Below are positions 17,897-26,160 of a stretch of DNA of 27,151 bases, in pieces. The DNA comes from Candidatus Zixiibacteriota bacterium (GTDB lineage: Bacteria > Zixibacteria > MSB-5A5 > WJJR01), in assembly GCA_036170655.1 (NCBI GenBank), contig JAVHPP010000165.1, forward strand, positions 1-27,151, written 5' to 3'. The position numbers and the translations under genes were made by a program. Position 1 is the first letter of the stretch; each line of letters starts with the position of its first letter. The notes below the pieces were generated by a model. That model ran no database searches, had not been told where the DNA came from, and saw only the letters and a program-made list of their open reading frames with translations.

Positions 17897-17967
17897 TAAG
17901 AATTATTGCAGTTCGCAGCCACGGACGGAACACCGTGCCCCCACAGGCCTTGCCACCGGCAAACCAG

Positions 17968-18624
17968 TTATTCCTGCGAAGAACGCCCGTCAGAGACTTG
18001 TGGCGTGGAGAGCGTGCTTTTCGTATTGCCAGCGGCCGCACCCGTCGCGGGGGGGGCTGATGATTCCGTCTGGCGTCCGTCCTCTTCCTTCGGCTTGGCA
18101 GCCCCGCGTTTGGGATTGATGATCAGCGACATGTGACGGCCTTCCATACGAACGGAGGGCTCGGGTTGGCCAACGTCGGCCAGCATCTCTTTGACGCGTT
18201 CCAGAATCCGGTAGCCGAATTCGGTGCGGGTCATCTCCCGTCCCCGGAACTCGACGTAGGCACGGACCTTGTGTCCATCCGTGAGAAACTCGCGCAGGCG
18301 CTCGGTTTTGAAGTTGATATCATGCTCGTCGATTTTCGGACGGAACCGCATTTCCTTCAACTGGGTCGCGTGCTGCCGTTTTTTGGCCTTCTTGGCGTTT
18401 TTGGCCTCCTCGTATAGGTACTTGCCAAAGTCGAGGATGCGGCAGACAGGCGGGTGGGCACTGGCAGAGATCTCAACCAAGTCCAGCCCCTGGTCCTGGG
18501 CCTGCTTCAGGGCATCACGCGTGGCCATGATTCCCAGTTGGGCGCCATCAGAACCAATGACACGCACTTGGGGGACGCGGATGCGATGGTTGATGCGAAT
18601 CGACGGCTGACGCGGAACGACGAT
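17968..18624 (-). CDS. infC: Translation initiation factor IF-3 (probable ATC start)
   Basis: IN..IR...VRVI, LDLVEI, PPVCRILDFGKY, KEMRFRPKIDEHD, FRGRE. GGAGGT lies 8 nt before an in-frame ATC at 18624. Confidence 0.95.
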   Translation of the reverse strand: MVVPRQPSIRINHRIRVPQVRVIGSDGAQLGIMATRDALKQAQDQGLDLVEISASAHPPVCRILDFGKYLYEEAKNAKKAKKRQHATQLKEMRFRPKIDEHDINFKTERLREFLTDGHKVRAYVEFRGREMTRTEFGYRILERVKEMLADVGQPEPSVRMEGRHMSLIINPKRGAAKPKEEDGRQTESSAPPATGAAAGNTKSTLSTPQVSDGRSSQE

Positions 18625-18665
18625 GGGAACACACCTCCCCCCGCTCTGAGAGCGGGGCACTGTGG

Positions 18666-20606
18666 TTAGGCGCCGACGCTGACCCCCGGCTGGTCCTGCG
18701 CACGGATCAAGGCGGCGAATTCCTCCACCGGCTTGGTTCCCATGTCATGACCGCCGTGGACACGGACGGACACCGTATGAGACAGGGACTCGCGGTCCCC
18801 GACAATTAACATATAGGGAATTTTCTGGATCTCGGCTTCGCGGATCTTCAGTCCGATTTTCTCGGGACGATCATCGTACCGGACACGCACGCCGGCATCA
18901 CGGAGTTCTCGCGTCACTTGTTCCGCATATTCCTGTACTTTTTCTGTGACGGACAGGACGATGGCTTGTTCGGGCGCCAGCCACACGGGGAACAGGCCGG
19001 CAAAGTGCTCGATCAGCACGCCGAAGAAGCGCTCCAGCGATCCGAGCAGGGCCCGGTGCACCATCACAGGGCGGTGTTTCTTACCGTCGGTCCCAACATA
19101 GGATAAATCGAACCGTTCCGGCAGGTTAAAATCAAACTGAATCGTCCCGCACTGCCAGGAGCGGCCAATGGCGTCCCGGACATGCAGGTCGATCTTGGGG
19201 CCATAGAAGGCGCCACCGCCTTCGTCAACTTTGAAGGCGAGGGAGCGCGCCTCCAAGGAGTGACGAAGCGCGTCTTCGGCCATCCGCCAATCGGCCTCCT
19301 CGCCGATCGCCTTGGCGGGACGGGTTGAGAGATAGACTTCGATGTCGGAGAACCCGAAGGCGGCATATATCGACAGCGAGAAATCCAGAACCTGCAGGAT
19401 TTCATCTTCCACTTGATCACGACGACAGAAAATGTGCGCATCGTCCTGAGTGAATCCACGGACCCGGAACAGCCCATGCAGGACACCGGCCCGTTCAAAG
19501 CGATAGACCGTGCCGAGTTCCGCCCAACGCAGCGGCAGGTCGCGATACGAACGGAGGTCCGATTGATAGATCAGAATGTGAAACGGACAATTCATCGGCT
19601 TCAACTGATAGGGGTTGTTTTCCACGTCAAAAGGCGGAAACATGCTCTCCGCGTAGAAGCCCGTATGTCCCGACGTCTCCCACAAACGCAAGCGCGCGAT
19701 GTGGGGCGAGTAGACCAGATCGTATCCCGATTCCTGATGACGCCGATACCAGAACTCTTCGATGCGCCGGCGTATGAAAGCCCCCTTGGGATGCCAGAGG
19801 ATCAGGCCGGCGCCCAAATCCTCTTGGATAGAAAAGAGTTTGAGCTGCTTGCCGAGACGCCGGTGGTCGCGTTTCTGCGCTTCTTCACGACGTTGCAGAA
19901 ATGCGTCCAACTGCTTGCTGTCGGGGTACGAGACACCATAGATCCGCTGGAGTTGAGGATTGCCTTCCGCATCACGCCAGTAGGCGCCGGCAATGGAGAG
20001 CAGTTTGAACGTCTTGATCCGTCCGGTCGACGGCACGTGCGGTCCGCGGCAGAGATCGAGGAACCGGGAATGTCCGTAGAGGCTGATCTGATCCTGCCTC
20101 TGGTCAATCTGCTGGAGAATCTGAAGTTTGTAGGTCTCCTGTCGATCGCCGAAGATCTGCCGCGCTTCATCGGCATTGCACTCGCGACGGGCAAAGGGAG
20201 CGTTTTCCGCGACGATCTCGGCCATTCGTTTTTCGAACATCGCGAGGTCTTCAACCGTGAACGGTCGCGGCGGGTCGAAATCGTAGTAGAAGCCCTCTTC
20301 AATGGGCGGTCCAATGGCGAGTTTGGTGCCGGGCAGAAGTTCGGTTACCGCCTGTGCCATAATGTGGGCCGACGAGTGCCAGAACACCTCGCGTCCCTCG
20401 GGTGCATCAAAAGTCAGGATTTGAATCGCGGCGTCCTGCGTGATCGGAGTCGACAGGTCACAGACATGCCCATCCACTTTGATGGCCAAGGCATCCTTGG
20501 CCAAACGCGGGCCGATAGCTGCCGCGACGGCTGCGCCGGTCACACCCAAGGGAAAGGCGCGTTTCGTGCCATCGGGAAGAGTCAGTTGAATTGTCTGATT
20601 GCCCAT
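18666..20606 (-). CDS. thrS: Threonyl-tRNA synthetase
   Basis: TGS domain, HSSAH, DLCRGPHV, RDHRRLG, KPMNCP, RVRGFTQDDAH, GAFYGPKID, HRA motifs. Confidence 0.98.
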   Translation of the reverse strand: MGNQTIQLTLPDGTKRAFPLGVTGAAVAAAIGPRLAKDALAIKVDGHVCDLSTPITQDAAIQILTFDAPEGREVFWHSSAHIMAQAVTELLPGTKLAIGPPIEEGFYYDFDPPRPFTVEDLAMFEKRMAEIVAENAPFARRECNADEARQIFGDRQETYKLQILQQIDQRQDQISLYGHSRFLDLCRGPHVPSTGRIKTFKLLSIAGAYWRDAEGNPQLQRIYGVSYPDSKQLDAFLQRREEAQKRDHRRLGKQLKLFSIQEDLGAGLILWHPKGAFIRRRIEEFWYRRHQESGYDLVYSPHIARLRLWETSGHTGFYAESMFPPFDVENNPYQLKPMNCPFHILIYQSDLRSYRDLPLRWAELGTVYRFERAGVLHGLFRVRGFTQDDAHIFCRRDQVEDEILQVLDFSLSIYAAFGFSDIEVYLSTRPAKAIGEEADWRMAEDALRHSLEARSLAFKVDEGGGAFYGPKIDLHVRDAIGRSWQCGTIQFDFNLPERFDLSYVGTDGKKHRPVMVHRALLGSLERFFGVLIEHFAGLFPVWLAPEQAIVLSVTEKVQEYAEQVTRELRDAGVRVRYDDRPEKIGLKIREAEIQKIPYMLIVGDRESLSHTVSVRVHGGHDMGTKPVEEFAALIRAQDQPGVSVGA

Positions 20607-20705
20607 ACTTCAAGTGAGGAAAGTTTCAGGTTGCGGGTCGTCCAGCGGCGCCAACCGATGGCCACACCTTACACTGCCCGGATATCCCAACGAGACCGGC
20701 CGCCA

Positions 20706-20782
20706 TGGTGGGCGATACTGGAATCGAACCAGTGACCTCTTGCATGTCAAGCAAGCACTCTAACCATCTGAGCTAATCGCCC
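20706..20782 (-). tRNA. tRNA-Val(GAC)
   Basis: GGGCGATTAGCTCAGATGGTTAGAGTGCTTGCTT-GAC-ATGCAAGAGGTCACTGGTTCGATTCCAGTATCGCCCACCA; cloverleaf with encoded CCA. Confidence 0.97.
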
Positions 20783-20798
20783 CGCCGTCATAAGTTGC

Positions 20799-20827
20799 AT
20801 GATACCCTGTCCCCTGCCGTTGCGCAA
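20799..20827 (-). promoter_or_regulatory. sigma70-type promoter for tRNA-Val (and possibly thrS)
   Basis: TTGCGC (20822-20827), 17 bp, TATCAT (20799-20804), 16 nt upstream of the tRNA. Confidence 0.6.
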
Positions 20828-20859
20828 GTCCTTTGGCAGAGGCTGGATGCCGGGGGGGA

Positions 20860-21822
20860 TTAGAGGCCACGGGCCATTTCCAGGAAAGTTTCCGCCCGGT
20901 CGTAGTCTTCGCGAACCTGAACAATCAGGTCATCCAGCATCTGATCGTCAATGCGGAACTCTCCGACCGTTTCGGTGTCGAGGCAGGGAAGTACACGGGG
21001 CGCCTTCTGCGTGGCGGGATCCGCCGCATGCGCCAGATAGTCGGCGAAGTGCACGATTTTTGCGAGCAATCGGTGTTCCGGGTTATCGGTGGCAAGGTCA
21101 TGATGATGCAGGATAGCCATCCGGAGGACCAGAGGAAGCTGCCAGCGTTCGGCCAGATACGCGCCGATCATTTCGTGTGTCACCCCGATGGCGTCGCGTT
21201 CCACGAGGCGGTCCTCGACGAAGCCGTAGTCCGGATGCGATCGGATTTTCGCCCGCTGGTCTGGCAAGTAACAGGCCAAAATGGTCTTGCCGATGTCATG
21301 GAGCAGCCCGGCGGAGAATCCCTCCTCGCAGGTCCGAATGACCCCGGCCGTGAACCGGGAACGCACAATCACCCGCGCGGCGGTCGCGGTCGCGAGGGAA
21401 TGCCGCCACACAGTATCCTGATACTCGCGTTCAAACGGGGACCCGGCAAAAGCATCCACAATCACCGCGGAGAGCACCAGCGTGCGGAGCGCATCCATGC
21501 CCAGAATGACAATGGCCTGACGGATCGAAGCAACCGGCTGGTGAAGGCCATAGAAAGCCGAATTGACCATGCGGAGAACGCGTGCCGCGATTGCCTGGTC
21601 TTCGGAGACAATAGCCGCAATATCATAGGCCGAGGCGTTGGGATCGCTGATGACACGATTGATCTGAGAGAACACCAGCGGCGGGGTAGGGAGAGAATTG
21701 ATGCCTTCAATTCGCGCCAGGATCCCGGTGCTATCGACGATTGTGGCAACGGATGCGACCATGTGTTCTTCTCGAATTGGCCGCAAAAGACGATTATGCT
21801 CAATGCCGGTCAGATCTTCCAC
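20860..21822 (-). CDS. HDOD domain protein
   Basis: LPTPP, D.AIAARVLRMVNSAFYG, SIRQAIVILG, WRHS, GLLHDIGK, H..IGAYLAERWQLP motifs. Start uncertain. Confidence 0.92.
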   Translation of the reverse strand: MEDLTGIEHNRLLRPIREEHMVASVATIVDSTGILARIEGINSLPTPPLVFSQINRVISDPNASAYDIAAIVSEDQAIAARVLRMVNSAFYGLHQPVASIRQAIVILGMDALRTLVLSAVIVDAFAGSPFEREYQDTVWRHSLATATAARVIVRSRFTAGVIRTCEEGFSAGLLHDIGKTILACYLPDQRAKIRSHPDYGFVEDRLVERDAIGVTHEMIGAYLAERWQLPLVLRMAILHHHDLATDNPEHRLLAKIVHFADYLAHAADPATQKAPRVLPCLDTETVGEFRIDDQMLDDLIVQVREDYDRAETFLEMARGL

Positions 21823-22175
21823 TGGTCAAGGAGCCGGTCGACAATACCGGCAATGATGTCTTCGCGGCTGTACTTGCCGGCTTCGTAATTCTTCCTGACC
21901 TCGTCGACACGCGCCTGACGGACCGACCCATCTTCGGATGGCTTGACATCACCGGAGGCCATGAGATGTGCAGCGGTTTCCCTCAAGGCGTCGTTGTTGT
22001 GGATATCCATCTCTTCACCACGCTGATCCACCCGGGACGGCGCCACGTCTTGCCCATCGGGAGACGCTGACGACTGTGCCGGATCGGCTTCCCTTGACAG
22101 CGGAGATTTGGCCGGTTCCACATGCCGAGGCCTTTGGTTAGATTCCAGCCATGCCTGGCTTCCATCAATCCTCAT
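21810..22175 (-). CDS. flgM: Anti-sigma28 factor FlgM
   Basis: MRIDG N-terminus; C-terminal VRQARVDEVRKNYEAGKYSREDII; AGGAGG RBS; sigma28-like promoter upstream. Confidence 0.82.
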   Translation of the reverse strand: MRIDGSQAWLESNQRPRHVEPAKSPLSREADPAQSSASPDGQDVAPSRVDQRGEEMDIHNNDALRETAAHLMASGDVKPSEDGSVRQARVDEVRKNYEAGKYSREDIIAGIVDRLLDQWKI

Positions 22176-22200
22176 GAGACCGTCGGACCTCCTATCTGGT

Positions 22201-22228
22201 TTATCGGCCGACCGAATGGGACATTATA
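22201..22228 (-). promoter_or_regulatory. sigma28 (FliA) promoter of flgM
   Basis: Perfect -10 GCCGATAA (22201-22208) with TATA/ATAA 15-16 bp upstream. Confidence 0.7.
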
Positions 22229-22248
22229 GCGACGTCAGGGCGAAAAGT

Positions 22249-22695
22249 CTATGGCCGTGCGTCGAGATAGAGGGGACCATCTTCCTGAGGGGCCATGATT
22301 GCCAGCAGGCGTCGCCCATGACCCATTTGATCCAGCTCCCGCCGGTACTCGGCGCGCCTGGCCCGAGCGTGGGCGATGCATTCGGTGACAATTTCCTGTG
22401 AGCCAACAACCAGCGCGGTGATCTGGTCGAGACTGGCTTTAGCCTCGGGAGTCTTCACCCAGGAAGCGAATTCCGCAGGGGCCGACTGCCGCACTTCTAT
22501 GAGACTGCTTTCGCTCTGTTCGATGCGCGATTTGATCTGGTCGATTTCGGTGAATAGATCGCAGATTCTGACATCCGCGTTAGACCGAAGCCATTCTCGC
22601 TGGCGGCCAATCAGCAGGTGCAATGTGCGGTAGAAGTCAACTTCCTGTGTCAGAATGTGAAGGAACCAGTCTTTGTCGAAGCGGGCGGCCGTCAT
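22249..22695 (-). CDS. FlgN/FliT-like flagellar export chaperone
   Basis: Helical protein 'LTQEVDFYRTL..LIGRQRE...ELDQMGHGRR...YLD'; follows fliS; GGAG RBS before ATG 22695. Confidence 0.6.
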   Translation of the reverse strand: MTAARFDKDWFLHILTQEVDFYRTLHLLIGRQREWLRSNADVRICDLFTEIDQIKSRIEQSESSLIEVRQSAPAEFASWVKTPEAKASLDQITALVVGSQEIVTECIAHARARRAEYRRELDQMGHGRRLLAIMAPQEDGPLYLDARP

Positions 22696-22734
22696 TTGAG
22701 ACTCCTTTCCGATGGGAAAAACAGGCATGGCCGC

Positions 22735-23187
22735 TCAGGCTTGGAAGCAGCATGTCTGTACCCCAGCAACCCCGGCGGTCTCCGTCAGGGGCCGTTCACC
22801 GGCGGTCGAACCGGTTCTCGTCTGCACGGCCAGCTGTTCCCAGCCGTCTTTCAGGGTGGTGAGAATCTGGATGCAATTCTCGGCAACTTCGATGTCGTGA
22901 CGGGCATTGGCCACGGTGATTTGATCGATCAGGTAGGCATACAGGGAACCCAGTTTGTTGGAGAGATCACCCGCAGCGGGATTCAGCGTGCCATAGAGAT
23001 GGGTGACGATGCGGCGGGCGCGGTCGAATTTCTGCCAACTGCGATCGTAGCGCTCGGCGCGAACAAGTTCGATGGCCTCGTACAGGTAGCGGGTGGCCCC
23101 TTGATAGAGCATGACAACCAGTTGGGCCTGGGACATTCCCATGATCTGCGTGCGCCGGTATTCGGCAAGCGTGTCTTTTGGTAGCAT
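22735..23187 (-). CDS. fliS: Flagellin export chaperone FliS
   Basis: SQAQLVVMLYQGA, IVTHLYGTL, L.SLY.Y, AN, LKDGW motifs. Confidence 0.95.
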   Translation of the reverse strand: MLPKDTLAEYRRTQIMGMSQAQLVVMLYQGATRYLYEAIELVRAERYDRSWQKFDRARRIVTHLYGTLNPAAGDLSNKLGSLYAYLIDQITVANARHDIEVAENCIQILTTLKDGWEQLAVQTRTGSTAGERPLTETAGVAGVQTCCFQA

Positions 23188-23201
23188 GGCGGCGTCTCTT
23201 C

Positions 23202-25535
23202 CTATTGGGAGGTGATGGTTCGCGTGTTGGCGGCAATCTGACCAAGCTGCTGACTGAGGAATGCTCCCTGGGCTTGAAATTGCGAAAGGGCTTGCTCCAG
23301 CGCGGTGAAGCGCTGGAAGAGTTTCTCGCGGCGGACTGCCAGTCGTTTTTCCTGATCGGCAATCTGCGTCTTGAGATCGTCAATCTGTGCCTGGATGCCC
23401 TTGGTGCGCCCCGCAATGGACCCGTCGGTCGAGCGGGTCATGGCATCGAGCGTTCGGCCGAGACGGGAGGCGAATCCACGCCGATAAGTGAGCGTCCCCG
23501 TACCGTCGGCAATGACGTCGGCGGCGGTCATCCGGACATCGACCGCCAGACCGGCCGTATCCCCGCTGTTCTTGTCACTTGTCAAGACACGCCCTGTGCC
23601 CGTTGCCGGACGGCCATTGATTGTGCCTGCGACATTGCTCCCGGCTGTGGCAAAGCCCCCCGACACAAAACCCAGATTATTGAAGGCACTGTTCGTGACC
23701 GTGTTGTCCACGGAGACACTGGACGAGGCGCCGTAGCTGCCCGAAGTGAAGCGCAGATGACCGGTCGTGCCGTCGCCAATCCACTCGACAGATACACCGC
23801 GGCTGCCGATCAGCGCATCCGCCTTTATCTTTTGCTGAATCTCCGAAACCAGTTCGGCGCTCGACGCGTAGGTCTTGGCGGCGAGGGCGATTTCACTGGA
23901 GCGGACACCATCGACGGTCAGTCGCAGTGTGTTATTTGATGTGGTCAGTGTCAGCGGAGAGGCCGCCGGATCGGTGATCGCGGCGCCATCCAGCATCATC
24001 TGGGTTGCGGCCTGAGTGATTTGGAATGTGTAGCCGGTCCTGGATTCGGCCGTCTTCGTCCCCGCGGAGAGAAACGAGATCAGCGGATTGGATGAGGTGC
24101 CGGAATCGACAAACAAGTTGCGCACGCCGTTCGGGTCGCTGGTGAGCTTGGACGACAGCGCGCTGGAATCGACCAGAGCGAGAAGACCGCTGTTTCCCGG
24201 ACGAACGCCAATTGCACCCAGCATATTCAGCGACTTCGGCAGGCCATCGATGGCGCCACTGACCTGTGCCCGCAGATTCGCCTGGAGAGACAGGAGGAAC
24301 TGGTCGCCCAAGAGCGAGCCGGCTTGCTGTGTGTCGGCGTTGTAGGAAAACTGCTTGTCGATGGCCCGCATGACCTCGTTATATTTGTCAATGACACCGG
24401 TGATGCTCGCTTTGATGGCTTCCTGATCGATGTTGGCGGTGATGATCACCGGGGTGATCGTCACGGCCTTCAACTTCAGCGAGATACCGCCGATGAGGTT
24501 GTCCAGTTGATTCGTTGCCGATGAGATCACAATCGGCGAACCGCCGCTGCTAGTGGAGCCCAGAGAGACTCTGGCGTCCGCAGCCTTCTGCAGGACCGGT
24601 GAGAAGGTCTGAACACGGAACTGATCCCCGGCGACCAGAGTGCCGGCTCCCAAAGTCAAAGTCAGCCCATCGGCGCCAGCGCCGGTCAGGGCCACCTCGC
24701 CGCCAGCCGTCGTGACAGAGATCGAACCGGAGTTGACGCCATCGGTCCAGTTCACGGTGATGGGACCGGATCCGACCGTCTGTGTGCCGCTGCCGGCGAC
24801 GGTGAATGTGTATGTCTTGTTCTGCGATCCTGTGTAGGCGGCGGTGGGTCCGAGCGTTTTGGCCGAAGTCCCTTGCGGCGCACCCACGTTCTCGACCGCA
24901 TCAAATGACGGAGTGGCGACGTTCGGAGCGACGCCGCCGGTCAGATTCGACGTGAGCGAGATGGTATTCTCCGCCCCCGTCGTGTTGGCGCTGAGAAGCA
25001 GGCGATAGGGATTCGCTGACGACCCGTCGTTGATGATGCTGGCGGTAATGCCCATGTTGGCGGCATTGATGGCATCTTTCAGATCGTTGAGTGTATTGTT
25101 CGAACTGCCGAGCGTCAGGGTCGTGGGGCTCGCCTTGCCGACGGCGATCTGAACCGTGCCCGTGCCAAGGAGAGTGGCCGCCGGATCGGCATAGCCTTGG
25201 GACGCGAGCTGGTGATTCGTCGCGAGGGCATCGATGGAAAGACTGTAGGTTCCCACGGCGACTTTGCCGGTCGTCTGGGCGGTGACCATCTTGTCGTCGG
25301 AGACGGACAGGGTGGCTGCGTCGAAGTTTGTCGCCCGATTCAATGCCGCAACACTGGAACCGAGGGCCACCATCAGCGCCGAGATGGAGTTGTAAGTCGT
25401 GAGCTGATTGGTCGCTTCGGTCTGACGCGCCGCGATGAGATCGACGGGGCGATGCTCGGCCTTCATGATTGCGTCGACGATGGCGGTCGTGTTCAGATTG
25501 GACGCCAAGCCTTCGATGGACTGCATACCCGGCAT
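23202..25535 (-). CDS. fliD: Flagellar filament cap protein FliD (long form, 777 aa)
   Basis: GLASNLNT..IV..IM.AE, GSLLGD, C-terminal 'QFTALE'-like QRFTALEQALSQFQAQ. ATG 25535 follows GAGG. Confidence 0.93.
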   Translation of the reverse strand: MPGMQSIEGLASNLNTTAIVDAIMKAEHRPVDLIAARQTEATNQLTTYNSISALMVALGSSVAALNRATNFDAATLSVSDDKMVTAQTTGKVAVGTYSLSIDALATNHQLASQGYADPAATLLGTGTVQIAVGKASPTTLTLGSSNNTLNDLKDAINAANMGITASIINDGSSANPYRLLLSANTTGAENTISLTSNLTGGVAPNVATPSFDAVENVGAPQGTSAKTLGPTAAYTGSQNKTYTFTVAGSGTQTVGSGPITVNWTDGVNSGSISVTTAGGEVALTGAGADGLTLTLGAGTLVAGDQFRVQTFSPVLQKAADARVSLGSTSSGGSPIVISSATNQLDNLIGGISLKLKAVTITPVIITANIDQEAIKASITGVIDKYNEVMRAIDKQFSYNADTQQAGSLLGDQFLLSLQANLRAQVSGAIDGLPKSLNMLGAIGVRPGNSGLLALVDSSALSSKLTSDPNGVRNLFVDSGTSSNPLISFLSAGTKTAESRTGYTFQITQAATQMMLDGAAITDPAASPLTLTTSNNTLRLTVDGVRSSEIALAAKTYASSAELVSEIQQKIKADALIGSRGVSVEWIGDGTTGHLRFTSGSYGASSSVSVDNTVTNSAFNNLGFVSGGFATAGSNVAGTINGRPATGTGRVLTSDKNSGDTAGLAVDVRMTAADVIADGTGTLTYRRGFASRLGRTLDAMTRSTDGSIAGRTKGIQAQIDDLKTQIADQEKRLAVRREKLFQRFTALEQALSQFQAQGAFLSQQLGQIAANTRTITSQ

Positions 25536-25595
25536 ACTTGCCTCACTTCCCCGAAAAGGGGATCTTCGACTTCCCAGACGGAGCACAAACGACGT

Positions 25596-25635
25596 TGGGG
25601 GCGGTCCGTGTCAAACGACACGGAGCCGCCTCCCA
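25596..25635. other. Long hairpin in the flaG-fliD intergenic region
   Basis: TGGGGGCGGTCCGTGTC-AAAC-GACACGGAGCCGCCTCCCA; no clear U-tract. Confidence 0.5.
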
Positions 25636-25672
25636 GCGTAGTATTTCTTGTTCCCGACCTGATTCGGTCCTG

Positions 25673-26077
25673 TCAGGCAGTCTGATCAAAGACAACTCCC
25701 AAGAACTCCTCGATCCGTTGCCGCAGCTTGAGAATCTGGTCAGGTGGAACCTGTCGTATGACCTCGTTGGTGGCATGATCCACCAGTGAGATGACGAGGT
25801 CACCGGTGTCTTTGTCGATGCGGTAGCGCACATCAACATGGGCCTGCTTGAAGACCTCGTTGAGCGCGGCCACCGTTTGACCGACCTCCTCGGTGAACAG
25901 CGGTTCCGATGCCGAATCCCGGGGTGGCCGATCGGTCGTACCAGTCTCTGCAAGAGACCGGTTGGCGGCGCCCAGCGCGAGCCGGTCGACTGGCCCGTCC
26001 TGTCTCCGCCCCGTCGATCCCACCGTTACCGGCGCATTTTCGACGACGACCGCTGGTATGAAAAGATCATAGTTCAT
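25673..26077 (-). CDS. flaG: Flagellar protein FlaG
   Basis: VD..TNEVIRQVPPDQILKL motif; lies between flagellin and fliD. Confidence 0.92.
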   Translation of the reverse strand: MNYDLFIPAVVVENAPVTVGSTGRRQDGPVDRLALGAANRSLAETGTTDRPPRDSASEPLFTEEVGQTVAALNEVFKQAHVDVRYRIDKDTGDLVISLVDHATNEVIRQVPPDQILKLRQRIEEFLGVVFDQTA

Positions 26078-26117
26078 GATCGGTCACTCCCCTTCCGTTC
26101 CCCCCTTCAACTTGGCG

Positions 26118-26148
26118 GTCCCGCCCCACACTGAGTGCGGGGCGGGAC
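26118..26148 (-). terminator. GC-rich hairpin just after the flagellin stop (partial terminator or mRNA stabiliser)
   Basis: GTCCCGCCCCACAC-TGA-GTGCGGGGCGGGAC on the plus strand; no U-tract. Confidence 0.5.
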
Positions 26149-26160
26149 GCGATCCAAGGG

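Noticed and set aside
20607..20705. T-box leader for thrS
   Set aside because: The spacer is only 99 nt and lacks the T-box consensus and a terminator.
20706..20782. tRNA-Val as the attachment site of an integrated island
   Set aside because: No integrase and no duplicate of the tRNA 3' end seen in the window; core genes follow directly.
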